64,000 nt of DNA from Mobula hypostoma (taxonomy: Eukaryota), in assembly GCF_963921235.1 (NCBI RefSeq), contig NC_086097.1:56050001-56114000 (forward strand), in the 5' to 3' direction. Position 1 is the stretch's first letter. Every line of letters begins with the position of its first letter. The notes beneath the pieces are model-generated. The model was not told the DNA's origin. It saw only the letters and a list, made by a program, of their open reading frames with translations, and made no database searches. Both the position numbers and the translations under genes were made by a program. Below are positions 14,601 through 27,565 of this stretch, piece after piece.

Positions 14601-14798
14601 AGTAAAATTTATTATCAGAATACATACATGTCACCACATACAATCCTGAGATCCTTTTCTTCTGTGGGCATACTTAGCAAATATGCGAAAATAATTGTGA
14701 GTAACACTGAGGGGAAGATGATGTGAAAATAAAATGAATAGTGAGGTAGTGTTCATGTGTTCACGGGCCATTCGGAAATCCACAGGTGAAGGGGAAGA

Positions 14799-14930
14799 CG
14801 CACAAAATGCTGGAGGAACTCAGCAGGCCAGGCAGCTTCCAAGGAAAAGGATAGACAGTCCGCCTGCTGAGTTACTCCAGCATTTTGTGTGTGTTGCTTG
14901 GATTTCTAGCAACTGCAGATTTTCTCGTGC
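14799..14930. mobile_element. Miniature foldback of Penelope-like termini inserted in the Rex1 3' region
   Basis: CACAAAATGCTGGAGGAACTCAGCAGGC is inverted as GCCTGCTGAGTTACTCCAGCATTTTGTG; right arm has an extra ~40-nt tail. Confidence 0.8.
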
Positions 14931-15691
14931 TGACAAAGGGGTAGAAGATGTTTCAGAATCACCGAGTGTGGATAAGATGGTGACGATGAGAAGAGGGTCA
15001 CTAATCGAGGATGCTGCCTTCTTGAGGCACTGGCTCTTGAACACATCCTGAATGGAAAGGACGGTTGTGCCTGTGATCGAGCTGGCTGAGCCTGCAACCT
15101 TCCGTAGACAGCAGTGATCCTACGCATTGGAGTTTCCATACGAGACTGTGATGCAACTGGTTAGAATGTTCTCCACCATGCATCTATAGACATTTGCAAG
15201 AAACTTTGGAGGTATACCAAATCCCCTCGAACTCCTAACAAAGTAGAGCTGCTGACATGCTTTCTTCACGACTGCATCAATGTGGTGGCTAAGAATAGAT
15301 CCTCCGAAACGTTAACAGCCAGGAACATAAAGCGGCTCACCCTTCCCACTGCTGACCCTTCAATGAGGACTGGTGTGTGTATTCCTGACTTTCCCTTCCT
15401 CAAGCCCACAATCAATTACTCGGTCTTGTTGACGGTGAGCGTGAAGTTATTGCGAAACCGCTCAGCCAGCTGATCTGACTCAGCCCTGTATGCTTCCTTG
15501 TTGCCATCTGAGATGTTACCAATAAGAGTGGTATCTGTGAATTTACAGCTGGTGTTTGAGCTGCGCTCAGCCACATGGTAATGTGCGTAGACAGAGTGGA
15601 GCAATGGGCTAAGCAGACATCCTTGAAGTGTGCCTGTGTTGATTGTCAGTGAGGAGGGGCTACGGACTGGCTGCCTTCGCCACAGTGCTGA

Positions 15692-15754
15692 GCAATGAAT
15701 CTCAAGGTCGTAGATGGTATACACACTTTGATACTAAATGTACTTTGAACTTTG
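15692..15754 (+). mobile_element. Retroelement 3' tip with (TTTGAAC)n tail, inserted antisense in the Rex1 RT
   Basis: AATGAATCTCAAGG..TAAATGTACTTTGAACTTTGA; same tail at 17350-17377 and inverted at ~14586-14610. Confidence 0.65.
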
Positions 15755-17109
15755 AGATGTTACCACTGATCAGTACTGATTATGGTCCCCTGACGAGCAA
15801 GTCAAGGATCCAGCTGTATGGGAGATACAGAGACCCAGCTGGGTGAGTAATACTGAGGGGCAGATGATAGTGGATGCTCAACTGCAATGAATAAGCAGCG
15901 GTCTGATATATGTCTAGCTGTTGGCTCTATGCTCTGAAGCAGAGCAGAGAACCGGTGAGACTGTATGCACTGTAGCCCTGTTGTGGCAGTATACAAATCG
16001 CAATGGGTCCAGGTCCTTGCTCAGGCAGGAGTTAATTCTAGTTATAACCAACACTTCATTATGGTAGACGGTAGTGCTTCTGGTCAACAGTTACTGAGGC
16101 AGCTCACCCTGTTCTTCTTGGGCACCAGTAGGGATGCTGCCCTTTCAAAGCAGGTGGGAACTTTCCACTGCAGCAGTGAGCGGTTGAAAACTCCAACCAG
16201 TTGGCCAACACATGTTTTCAGTACACGGCCAGGTGCACCACTGGGGCTTGAGGCCTTGCAAGCATTCACTCTCGAAGGATGCTCTGCCATCGACCTCTGA
16301 GTCAAAGATCACAGGATTGCCAGAAGCTGTGGGGATTTGCACGGTTGTAGTTTTATTCTTCCTATAAAAGTGTGCATAAAAGACATTGAGCTCATCAGGG
16401 AGTGAAACATCACTGCCATTTATGCTGGTGGGTTTTGCCTCATAGGAAGTAATGGCATGCAAACCCTGCCACAGCTGTTTTGCATCTGATTGTGTCTCTA
16501 ACTTCATACAGAATTGCCTTTTCACTCACAATAGCCTTACGTAGGTTGTACATGGTATTCTTGTAGAATTCTGGATTGCTGGTCTTGAACGCCACAGATC
16601 TAACCCTCAGTACATGGCAAAGCTCCTGATTCATTCAGGGCTTCTGGTCTTGGGAAGCTCCGTATATTCTTGAAGGCCCACACTCATCCACACAGGTCTT
16701 GGTGAAGTCAGTGGCGACAGTGGCACATTCATTCAGATCCAGAGATGAATCCCTGAATATGGTCCAGTCCACCGATTCAAAGCAGTCTTGTAAATGCTCC
16801 TTCATCTCCCTTGAACATATGTTCACAGTCCTCACCACTGGTGAGTGGAAAGTGAGATTACTATAGATAGGCATGATGGTTGACCTAGACACAGTGTGTA
16901 ATAAGTTGCTATACTGTACAGACTTGATTCAATAACCTTGCAAAATAGTTGAAGAGAATTGCTTTATGTGACATATCTACATTCGTTGTTTTACTTGCAA
17001 CATCATACCAACTAATTTGCATATGTAAGTGACACAAACTACACTGTTCATTGGTTACTTTCCTCAGAAAGGGCCAATATCATGAGTGCAAAGCACCAAC
17101 TAAAACTAA

Positions 17110-17377
17110 TGCAACACTTTCGACTCACTTTCAAGGACTCTACAACTCATGCTCTCAATATTTGTTTCTTACTTCTTTATTGTTATTATTTTGTTTTTTT
17201 TTCTTTTTGTAATTACACAAGTTGCCTTTTGCACATTGGTTGCTTGTCTGCTTGGGTGCAGTTTTTTTCCATTCGTTCTATTGTATTTCTTTGCATTTAC
17301 TGTGAATTCCTGCAAGAAAATTAATCTCAGGGTGGCGTATATGTGTTTTGATGATAAATTTACTTTGAACTTTGAAC
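17110..17377 (+). mobile_element. Rex1-type 3' terminal fragment
   Basis: Ends AATCTCAGGG..GATAAATTTACTTTGAACTTTGAAC. Confidence 0.65.
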
Positions 17378-17646
17378 TAAAAGGCCAGCTGCATAGCAGA
17401 TGCAGTGGGCACGAGCTAGCATTGGACAACTGTGGCTCATCTGAACGCAGGAGATAGTGAGCTTGAAAGTTTTCTGATGCGACGTTGGAGGCCTGGAGGA
17501 CAGGATTAATCTACATACAGGGGCTGGGAGATCTTCTCGAAAAACTCTGTGGCCAGTAAAATAGCTGTGACAACCAATGCCAAGTCATACTCAGGACTTT
17601 AGTGATCTCACTTGCACAATTATGATCATCTTGACAGGTCAAAACT

Positions 17647-17965
17647 GGGGTGGCCAAGTGGCAGTACTAGCAGAGCTTCTGTCTCACGGTTTCCATGACT
17701 CAGGTTCAATCCTGACTCTGGTGATGTCAGTGAATCTACATGTTCTCCTCGTGACTACATGAATTTCCTCTGAATGGCCTGGTTTCCTTCCATGTCCCAA
17801 ATTCATACAGAATGATTGGGTGGAGTAAATAATCTCTAGGTGAGTGATAGATTCTGGGGCTGACTTGATGGGTAAACTGGAGAATAAAATGGATTAGTGT
17901 AGGATTAATGTAAATGAAGGCGTATTAGTTGGTTCAGAGTCGGGTCTGTTTTTGCATTATATTAC
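17647..17965 (+). mobile_element. tRNA-derived V-SINE (HE1-like), degenerate
   Basis: B box GGTTCAATCC, V-domain-like CATGTTCTCCTCGTGACT..GGTTTCCTTCCATGTCCCAAA, CR1-like tail. Confidence 0.75.
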
Positions 17966-19914
17966 TCTTTTTGCCTCTGTACCTGATCAGAAGGAATCGG
18001 AACTCTTAGTCAAAGTCCATATCCCTCACACCTGGCACTGCTGCTCCCTCATTGCAAAAGTTCACTCTGCCTCATCACCCCAACATATTGTGCTCCCATT
18101 TACCCACCTTATTCCCAGTAGGACAAGGTGGCGCAGCAACTCAATGGAATGGCTGCGTGAGTCTGAATGATTAAAGTGCTCACTGTAGTTGATTGGTCTT
18201 TGCCAAAACTGCATCTGAAATGATGGAAGTTGACCGTTCCTCAAATGTAATACTCTCACCTTCCATTCACTCCTCATTCCACAGTCTTTGCAAGGGCAGG
18301 TTGTGCGAGCCAACACTCATTTCTGATTGTCTGGTCAGGTTGCATTTCTTGGTTGTGGTTAAAGCGCCAGAAGACAGTCAAAATGGAAATGCACCATCAC
18401 TTGATTTCATATTCGCTGCCTCCAAAACAGGCGCCAGCACTATGTTTAAATTAAAGATCAGCTTAAGGGCAATATCTGCACTTGCTGAGATACAGGGGCA
18501 TGAGCAACCTGCAGCCAAGGTAGAGGGAAAGAATAGCCCTGGTGCCAATTCCCCAAAGGGCAACGTTGGATATAGGTTTCACTGCAGAGGACTCAGATGT
18601 GAACTTCAAAGGGGCGGCCTGTGAAATGCTTTAACACATTGCCAGACCTGCTGGAAATAGTGTGTGCAATAGCAAGATTTACAGTGAAGTCCGGAAATAT
18701 TCTTGCTTTGGGCAACACTCAGAGGCTACCCTCCCCACAAGGAAGTGAAAACAACTTCCACTTGCATCCTTCTGGGCTCAACAACAGTGAGGGTTGAGCA
18801 AATAGCCAACATCCGGGTACCAACTTCCAACAAGCAAAGGCATATGAAAGGCAGACAGCAGAGGAGTTCACAAGTATGATTAGTTGATACTTAGGGGATG
18901 AGAAAGTAATATGGGATGATTTGATTTGGATATTAATTGTGCATTTTTGTTCTTATTTTAAACTGTGGCCAAGCTGATGGAGCAATGATTGCTCTGCAAC
19001 AGTAGGAAAACTTTCTGTATTGTAGGATTGTGAGAAAGCAAACAAGAGTTCCAGTGAATGGAAGTTGGAATTGCATTTACTGGCATCCCAGTCAAGTGCA
19101 TTGCTCGTAGACAACTCGACCAGGAAGGACATTTTTTTCCTGCTTCTGTTCTCCTCAGCTGTGGTCACACCTACCTCACCTCCAGCTACAAATGTGCAGC
19201 GGGCATCGTAGTGAGACTGATTAACCTCAGCACACGAGGAAGTGGGAACATCACTCTTAAATTTTAAGTCCATTGCATTAAATATATATTATTCAGAAGG
19301 AAAATAATAATGTCTGGTCTGGTACTGGTCAAGTGGTTTCATATAACTTCTCTTAATTCCTTATTGTTGCTTAAAATATCATTAACAAACTGATAGTGCA
19401 TCTAATCATAGCAAGAAGGCAATTTCCTCACTCCAATCCATCTTGAGCTGGTTGATTTTAATTTTAAATTGCAGATAGCTAGAGCAACAGCTGCCTTTTA
19501 AAGCATGCAGCTCAAGCTCCAGTGAAGTCATTGGATCCTAAAAGTTATTTTTACCTGAAGCCTGAGCAGGGCAGCAGTGATAACTTTCTGTTAGGAACAG
19601 GAGCAAAGACTCCATGCAAAATTGAGTGAATGCAGGTCATCCGAAGTAAAAACAGAAATTTTCTGGTGACACTCAGCAGGTCAGACATCGTTTGCAGAGA
19701 GAGAAGGCAGGGTTATTACTTCAGGATGAAAATAATGAAAATATTTCATTAGAGCTTAAAGATTTCAGAGGCGTGTCAGGTTCTAAGGTACAGAAAGAAG
19801 CAAAGGTCAATAGGGAATGTCTGTTGTGGGCAGAATGCAGGAGAGTCAAAAGGAATAATAATTTGAAAAAAGGAACATTAACAGTCCAGTTAGAAAGGGA
19901 ACACATCGGGGTAC

Positions 19915-20100
19915 CACTTCTCAGCACCTGAGCACGTTCCAAGGCACTCATCAGCCCAATAAAGTTCTTTGTCACGTAACTACTGTTGTAAAGCAGGAAG
20001 TGCAACAACCAATTTTGCACACAAAAGATCCCGTTAACAGCACTGAAACAGTAGATTGATGAATGAAGATTGACAAAGACACCCGGGAGTATCCTGCTTT
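19915..20100 (-). mobile_element. Deu-domain SINE relic (AmnSINE/SacSINE-like)
   Basis: ACTGTTGTAAAGCAGGAAGTGCAACAACCAATTTTGCACACAAAAGATCCC resembles the recalled reverse strand of the Deu domain/tail. Confidence 0.5.
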
Positions 20101-20397
20101 TCTACTGCTGCTGCCGTCTGCATCTGTTTCTGGAGGCAATTCAGGCCTTCTTAAAAACTCAGCAAATCACTCTCTACCTCTTAAATAAATTAATTAAACT
20201 GGTGATTATAGGAGACAAGAGAAAGCAGATGCTGGAATCTGGAGCAACACAAAATCTACCTACCAATGCTACTCAACTCACTGAGTTTTTCCAACAGATT
20301 ATGTGTTGAACTAGTCATTAAACTGCACTATGGTACAGATTGCCAAAGACTATTTCAAAATATAACTAATTTATTAAATTATGCTGTAAATACCTAC

Positions 20398-20485
20398 AAC
20401 ACACACAAAAAATGCTGGTGAACACAGCAGGCCAGGCAGCATTTATAAGAAGAAGTACAGTCGACATTTCGGGCCGGGACCCTTC
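20398..20485 (-). mobile_element. Penelope-like terminus truncated inside the hammerhead core
   Basis: Same terminus as 44847-44930; stops at GACCCTTC before the TCAG of the core. Confidence 0.8.
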
Positions 20486-21491
20486 TAAGTACCTAATTGA
20501 GTTGGTACATGGGAGATAGCACACTTAATACCAAGTGAATTTGAGATCAATAGAAAAGAAAAAGCTTTTATAGTTTTGGGTGCACTTGGTGCACAATAGA
20601 CCACTGAGCTCAAAGGCAGAAACTCGGTGCCTTTCCCTTTATAATACTCCCAGAAATACACTAGCACATTACCACATTTATCAACACCCCATCTTTGTTG
20701 TTCCACCTAATCAATATCACATAATGTTAAGTGATAAATTATTTTTAAGCTTGGCCATTGTGCAAATTAAAAGTCTTCATCAAGGCAGCCACATCTCTGG
20801 ATATTTAAAATAGAAGAAAGCATGGAAGGTGGGCAAAGTATTTGTTCTGAACAGTCAATCTACCATATAATGCAAATTAAAAATACAAGGATGCCCCAAT
20901 TCTTGAAATTCCAGTTTCAGACAAATGATCCCAGCTTTAGGATATCATCTGAAGTCATTAGATTTTCATGAAATGTCAGGCGTCATAGAATGTTATATTA
21001 AACAATGAGAAAGTATTACACAGGTACACTGATGCTGAGGGCTAACTGCGTCAACGGGCTGTTCTGATACATTGTTGGAAAATCATGAATTCACATCCGA
21101 TGGAAGCCATGCTTTAGGATAATAAACTGATTGGGGACCTTTTTGCGTGATTGAGTGCTTGGGTGATGCTTCTCGATTAAGTGTGTTTTTTTAAAAAATT
21201 CTCATGTCTTGCTGCTTGACTCTCTTAGAAACAAGATGTGGTGAAGCACATGAATCCAGAGAAAATTGAAGTTCCTTACACACCAATGCTCAATTGTGCT
21301 GTGCTGTAGCTTTCAAATGTACTTTGCCAGGACACACCTTCCACTAAAGCAGTGACCATAATTCATCTTACTATGTGTGTTAACCATTTAAAGTCTGTGT
21401 CTTCCATATTATTTCATTTGAATATGAAAAGGTAGTAAGATTATTAAAATAACAAAATAATATAAATGGAATTCCAATTCTTTTTGGATTT

Positions 21492-21781
21492 GGGGGCCAC
21501 GGTAGCATAGTGGTTAGCACGACCCTATGGCACGGCAGGGTGTTCTGCAGTTCGGAGTCCAGTTCCGACGTTGTCTGGAAGGAGACTGTATGTCCTCCCC
21601 GTGGAATGCACAGGTTTTTCCCGGGTGCTCGGTTTCCTCCCCCAGTCCAAAGATATACCGAGCAGGTTAACTGGTCGTGGTAAGCTGACCTGTGATTAGG
21701 TTAGGATTAATCAGTTTCTCAGGGGTGCTGGCTCAAAGGGCCAGAAGGGCCTATCCACACTATATTACTAAATAAATAAAT
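21492..21781 (+). mobile_element. tRNA-derived V-SINE with CR1-derived 3' tail
   Basis: A box GGTAGCATAGTGG; core CCCGGGTGCTCGGTTTCCTCCCCCAGTCCAAAGA; tail GGGCCAGAAGGGCCT..(TAAA)n. Confidence 0.85.
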
Positions 21782-22171
21782 GTTCTCGCGGTATCTATTC
21801 ATCTACAATATTTTCCTTAGCAACTGTAGATAATGATTCTGCTTTTGTCATTTATACCTTTCCAGCTTGATATTTTTGCCCAGAAACTTCTTTGTTTTTG
21901 CCTTCACCATCATCTATTTAATTGCTCCTTATCACAAAAACTTTCATTTCATTCTCTAGGGCATCTTCCCAGCCCTAGAAAGCCTGTATATCTTTAGCTT
22001 TCTTAGGTCTGCTGTAATACCATTGACCTGCATATTTCCATAAATACTGCTGGATACATTGTGCATTTTATGTTTTTTTATGTTTGTTTTCCACGTTAGC
22101 AATGAGCATCTATTGCTTTGAAACATTAAATCAATGATCAACAATTCTAGACAAATTTCCTGGTTATTTTA

Positions 22172-22737
22172 TGAAGAAAAACAGTTCCACCAGCCTTAGT
22201 AGCTAAGCCACACATGAAGGCCAGGAGCTGGACTTGGTTTTCAGAAGCTATTTGAGGTGCAGGCCATTGGGAGCATTCAGTAGGAGTTTAGTGGGAAGCT
22301 TATCCCCTCCCCCAACTATGACAACCTTCAGAAACCATTTCTACTGGCAGGAGAAGGAGCAAAGGCAGGTTAGTGGCTTCTTAAAGCCAGTCACTTCAGG
22401 CAGATGGGGCTCGTCAGCCATGATTGGCAGCTCATCCAGGAGAAGGAAAATTCTGATCTCAAACCTCCACTGCCTTGCAGCTACACCCACTCATGGGGAA
22501 TGGTGGAGTCCCTAAGGCAGTCCTACGTTGAGTTCAACGCTGATTGGCAACTCCTGCGACACCGCTGGTGCCGAGACGTATGAGTCTCTGCTGTTCCATC
22601 AGCTGCATGGAGAGGGGAAGCCTACTGCATGGGCAATAGCTCGCTCTCCACATTGTACGGCCCTGACTTGTGTATCGACTGATCTTAGACAGCTAGGATG
22701 CAACATCCATGGTCGACCCCGACTATTGGCGGCCACA
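22172..22737 (+). mobile_element. RTE-derived short non-autonomous element with inverted 5' segment
   Basis: Colinear with the reverse complement of 35315-35905 except that 22172-22331 is in the opposite orientation. Confidence 0.8.
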
Positions 22738-22774
22738 ATTTATACAGCTCCACTTTTGTATTTTCTGTACAGTA

Positions 22775-23303
22775 TACGAGGGGTGATTGATAGGTTCATG
22801 GCCTAAGGTAGAAGCAGTCAATTTTAGAAATCCTAGCAAATTTATTTTTCAACATTGTCCCCTCCTACATTTACACACTTAGTCCAGCTGCCATGGAACA
22901 TACGGATCCCTACTTTGTAGAAGTCGGCATCTTGGACTTCCAGAAAGTGGTCCACAGCAGGGGTGATTGATAAGTTCGTGGCCTAAGGAAAAAAAGGAGA
23001 TGTTATTAACTTCAAACTTTGTGCACAATCACTCAAAGAGTTGAACTGCACATGCATATAACGAGAGCTGTATAACTTATCTCCCTCTACCTTAGGCCAC
23101 GAACTTATCAATCATCCCTGCTGTGAACCACTTTCTGGAGGTCCAAGATGCCGACTTCTACAAAGTAGGGATCTATATGCTCCATGACCGCTGGACTAAG
23201 TGTGTAAATGTAGGAGGGGACAATGTTGAAAAATAAATGTGCTAGGTTTTCTAAAATTGACTCCTTCTACCTTAGGCCACAAAATTATCAATCACCCCTC
23301 ATA
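22775..23303. mobile_element. Mariner-derived foldback MITE
   Basis: TA-flanked TIR CGAGGGGTGATTGATA; ~215-230 bp inverted arms; arm encodes FYKVGIYMLHDRWTKCVNVGGDNVEK* (mariner transposase C-terminus). Confidence 0.92.
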
Positions 23304-26300
23304 TGTATACATTACAGCGCACATTTCCCGTGTTCTTTTTCCTTAAAGTATGACAACTTTGAATCCTCTTGGAATACAGTTAATACCCATGCATCAGCAT
23401 CTTCAGGACTTCGTCACATGGAACTGAAAGGAATGAACTGATTTAATGGTCTGAAACAAACTCAGTGATATGCACCAAATTTTAGAAAATTATTAAAGTT
23501 TTAAAATTTTCACTCACAGCACCTTAGAACTGTTACATAAAAATGTTAGCAACTTCATAGAATATTTGTCAAGCAATATCACTTCAGAGCAACAGCTGCC
23601 TTACCCCTGTTTAGAATATCTATTGTTAAACTTTTCTAAGTTCCTGCTTGAAATTTGCCATTAGTGTTTTCATTTGAAATAATTGTAGTTTAAGAGGAAT
23701 TAGTTTCTTAAACAATTGAAAATATACCTGAGCAAACATGGGTTTTTACAAATATCATTTTAAACGATGATGATTCTGTAGTTGCATCTCCGAAGGTAAG
23801 CATAACTTTGCACAACTCCTATTTTACTAGATTATATTCAAATTAGGTTAAGCCCTTTACTTACAATCACACATCTAAAGAATGATAATTCAGTTTACCA
23901 AAAAACTGCTTCAACATTGAACATAACAAGAGCACTTATAATCTACACGTGCAATTATTGATTATTATTAATCACTTAAAATCTGCAGAAAAAGAAGCAA
24001 TACTTATTTAAAAGTTAGTACTTGTTTCAGTTACCTGTCACCAAATTAAGCAGAGTATGTAGAGAATTATGAAAAGCCTAGTATTGTTAATTCTCTTATT
24101 AGCTGAGAAAAGGTTGAAAATGTACAAAGATAACCATAACAAGAAAACAATAATAAATATTTGAAAGAACTAATTCAAGCCCTTGTTTGTGGGAACCTTT
24201 AATGAAAATACAATTATAACAGGTTGTTGAGAGGAATGTATTAATCTGGAATAGTAATTGGTATGTTTTGATCTTGCCTGGTTCCTTTATTCACTCACAA
24301 TAGAAATATTATCAGATTACTTGTTCAAAAAGAATGTAGATTTAAAATATTATTTGCTTTTAACTTTACATAGCACAGTGATGATATTGTCACCTCATTG
24401 TTATTCGAAATACATTAATGATGCCAGTACTTCTGAATGGCATCCACAAAGCCTGTGGGAAACATTTCAGGCAGCCACTAGAGAACACCCCCACCTGCAA
24501 ATGGATGACAGCCAATTTGTTGGCTAATATTATAGCCTTCTGTCCCGTTTTCCCCCTCACTGTCTAAAGCACTGTAAGTACAACTGACAGGCCTGCCGTA
24601 CTACACAGCCAGATACTAGCATATAATGAACTTGTTGTTTGGGTACGAACAAGTCCAACCAATAGAAACCTGCATCTCAAGGCTGTCAATCACAGAGAGG
24701 GCAAGGGGCAGAGAGTTTTTTTTTTGTGACTGAGAGATGCTGCTTAGGGTGCAGGAATCTGATCTTGCTGACAAGATGCCCCTCTAAGGGATCCCTACAT
24801 TACCTAGAGCCAACAGAAAGCTTAAGTCCTGGACATGAATCTAAAACTGCTGTCAGGGAAGCCCTGTCAAAAAGCTGGCAGCTCTCCATGAAGCACAGGC
24901 CAGTCTTCCAAACCAATTCGAGTGCAGGAGGCAAAAAAATGTTTGTCACCCTTTTCACTGTATTTCCACCTTTGCCATAAAATAAAGGACTTACTTCTAA
25001 GCAGAATGTTTTCCACAGGTAAGATCAAATTTGTACATTTTATTCAAGTACATTTCATTGTATGAGTCAAAACATACATCCTTGAACATGACATTTCTCT
25101 CAACAGAAAACAGTATGAAAATTATGCAAAAAGTGTAAACCAAACAACTTCTTGGTGTTTGGGCAGAAAACTGGACATTGTAAGTGATCCTGTTGGGGAA
25201 AGTACAACCTTATCCAGTTATCCTAATTAAACAGTGGGACTTGCATATATTTGCCTTGTTTAGGAGCGTGGCCAATGTCTCCATAAATAGTGCCTTCAAT
25301 TTGTTAGCAGTTACCATTGTACAGAAAGTTATGCAAGATCTTTATAAGGGACCACAGAGAATTCAAAGACATTATTTCATTATCTAAATACTTAGGAATA
25401 CATCACATTAAGAACATTTATGGTACAGGTGTAAAGGATTAAAATTTTATGATGGTGAGGTGATAAATCTGATGAAGAAATGGGATTTACAGTATTGCTA
25501 AATTCCTGTTAATTCCACTAAAATAGATGGAGAGGGTTAAATTCATATGACATTGTACTTTTCCAGATGCAGTGTATATCATCAACCATGTATAATATGC
25601 CGTGATATTATGCAATTTAATATTTGCAGCAGACTTCAGCAATGCTAAATGCTGAGAACATATCTTTTGAGTCTTTAAAGTCTTCACAGTATCATTGTTT
25701 GTGCAGCTTTGAGATACGGCTATGCTTGTTTAAAATGTAAAAAAACTTCCATTCTGCCATGGATGTCATTCCAGTTGGATCATCTTGAATGAATCTGCTT
25801 TAATTAGAATTTTCTGCATAAAGTAAGCTCTGATTGGTGACTGCGATCATCTGTTGACACTGAAGGAGCCGACACAGCAGTCAAGCACATCTGTTACCCA
25901 GGAACCCAAGTGATCCGTTAGTGTTCAAAGAGTAGACTTGATAGTACTGCAACGGAAGAATTCTGGTTATCTTGCTTCTCGCCTGTTTGCATCATCTTTA
26001 ATTTGCCTGTTATCTACATGCACACTTTCCTTTGTATTCTTGGTTGTTTAACCCTACCAGAGAAGTTGTAATTTTTCAAAACCACGAAATTATCAAGGAC
26101 AAGATATCCTGTTAACATTAAAGGTATTTCCAAAACCAGTGGCATTTCTTGATAATGCGAATAAAAATGAGTCTGCATACATATGAGAAACATTGCCAAA
26201 TACTTCAGTGTCCAAGAACAATCTTAACCACCAGCCAAACAATGGCCATGAAAGGAATAGATTAGCACACAATCCGATGGATGTGTTCCAACTGTTCCTT

Positions 26301-27199
26301 CACGTGATGAAAATATTCAGGGAGCTTTTGCGGTCTAGAGCTACAGGACCATTACATTTACACTATTTGGTTTTGGTTGTGATTCTTTAAAATTATTCAA
26401 AATTCAGGAAATCCTATTATTCACAAAGCTATTTATTGTTATTATTCATTATAACTGCTTAAAAAGTAAAAAAGCAAAGTAATTTTTCAAGATGTAAAGT
26501 ATGCTCAATACTAATGTGAAAGGTTGTTTGTAATCTTATAAGTCCATTGAGCACTTGGTAGGTTTATTCATCTGATCACTGGGATATTTTTGACATACTA
26601 CATCATGTTGGAAAAATGTACGTATTGAATTGTGTTTTTTTTTAAAAAGTACTTAGCTATACAGGTCACAGTAAGCTTTGATTCTCTACCCTAGACATTT
26701 TCAACAAAATACTGCAAAATATTTGGTTGAGTTTATAAATAACAAATTTCCCTTGCAATATCTTTCTGACCAAATGAGTTGCCATCATAAATATTCAATA
26801 CTGTACTTGGGCCTTTGGATTTATTTTCACTGATCATGTTCTATATTCTTCTAATCCTAGTAATTTGAGACCTACAGTTCCTACATTTCACTCATACATG
26901 AATATTCAATTATATGTTACCTGACAACTAATGCTTACTTACACGCTGTGAAAAAAATACCCTTCGTGTCTTTGAATAGAGTTGGTGGTGGGAATTCTTT
27001 AATGAAATACAATCTGCATGAGTTTTGAATAGAATCACACAACAAAGTTTGAAGAGTTACAAAAGGTTTTGGAACAAGGAAACTGAGCCATTTGGATGCA
27101 GCCTCACCACTGTCAATGGATTGTCTGGTTTGCTACAGGTTTTGTGAAATGAACAAATTATGCAAGGAGTGAATGCAAAATAAAGAAATAATTGCATGT

Positions 27200-27565
27200 A
27201 TTTCATAACCTCAAGAACGCTCTGAGATGTTGTATAGCCACAGAAGAAAAAACTGCAAATGTCATCATGTACAATTCTAGGCTAATTTCTCCAAATAAAG
27301 GTTCTACAATTATGAAATAATTATGACCAGATTTTCTGTGTTGTTGAGGGTTTGGTAATGGCCAGGACCAACGTCAGTATTTTTATTTTTACATTCCTCT
27401 GAGAGGGAAGGCATTGGTGCAGTATCTTAATTAATGGTGCAGTATTCCCTCTATATTATGCAAAAAACAAATGTAGATTTTTCCCTTAAGACCTCAGAAC
27501 TAGACTTCAACCCACAACCTTCTAACCCTGAGACAAGAGACCCACCAGAGAGGCAAAGCTGACTT
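27200..27565 (-). mobile_element. Deu-domain SINE relic
   Basis: TGACCAGAT..GTTGAGGG..TGGCCAGGAC, GTGCAGTATTCCCTC and CTTCAACCCACAACCTTCT (reverse B-box region) occur in the expected order. Confidence 0.6.

Larger units (their letters stand above)
14489..16845 (-). mobile_element. Rex1/Babar-clade LINE, truncated and degenerate, with nested insertions
   Basis: LQDCFESVDWTIF, LWQGLHAITSY, LPDELNVFYAHF, GRVLKTCVGQL, VPTCFERA..VPKK, NTGTLQGCLLSPLL, KFTDTT, LTVNKTE. Confidence 0.88.

Noticed and set aside
18193..19273. 143-aa and 106-aa ORFs
   Set aside because: No domain signature; lengths compatible with chance.
21492..21570. tRNA gene
   Set aside because: A/B-box head continues into V-SINE core and CR1 tail; no cloverleaf.
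23720..23801. Strong donor AAG|GTAAGC after a short open frame
   Set aside because: In-frame stop upstream and no suitable acceptor or start.
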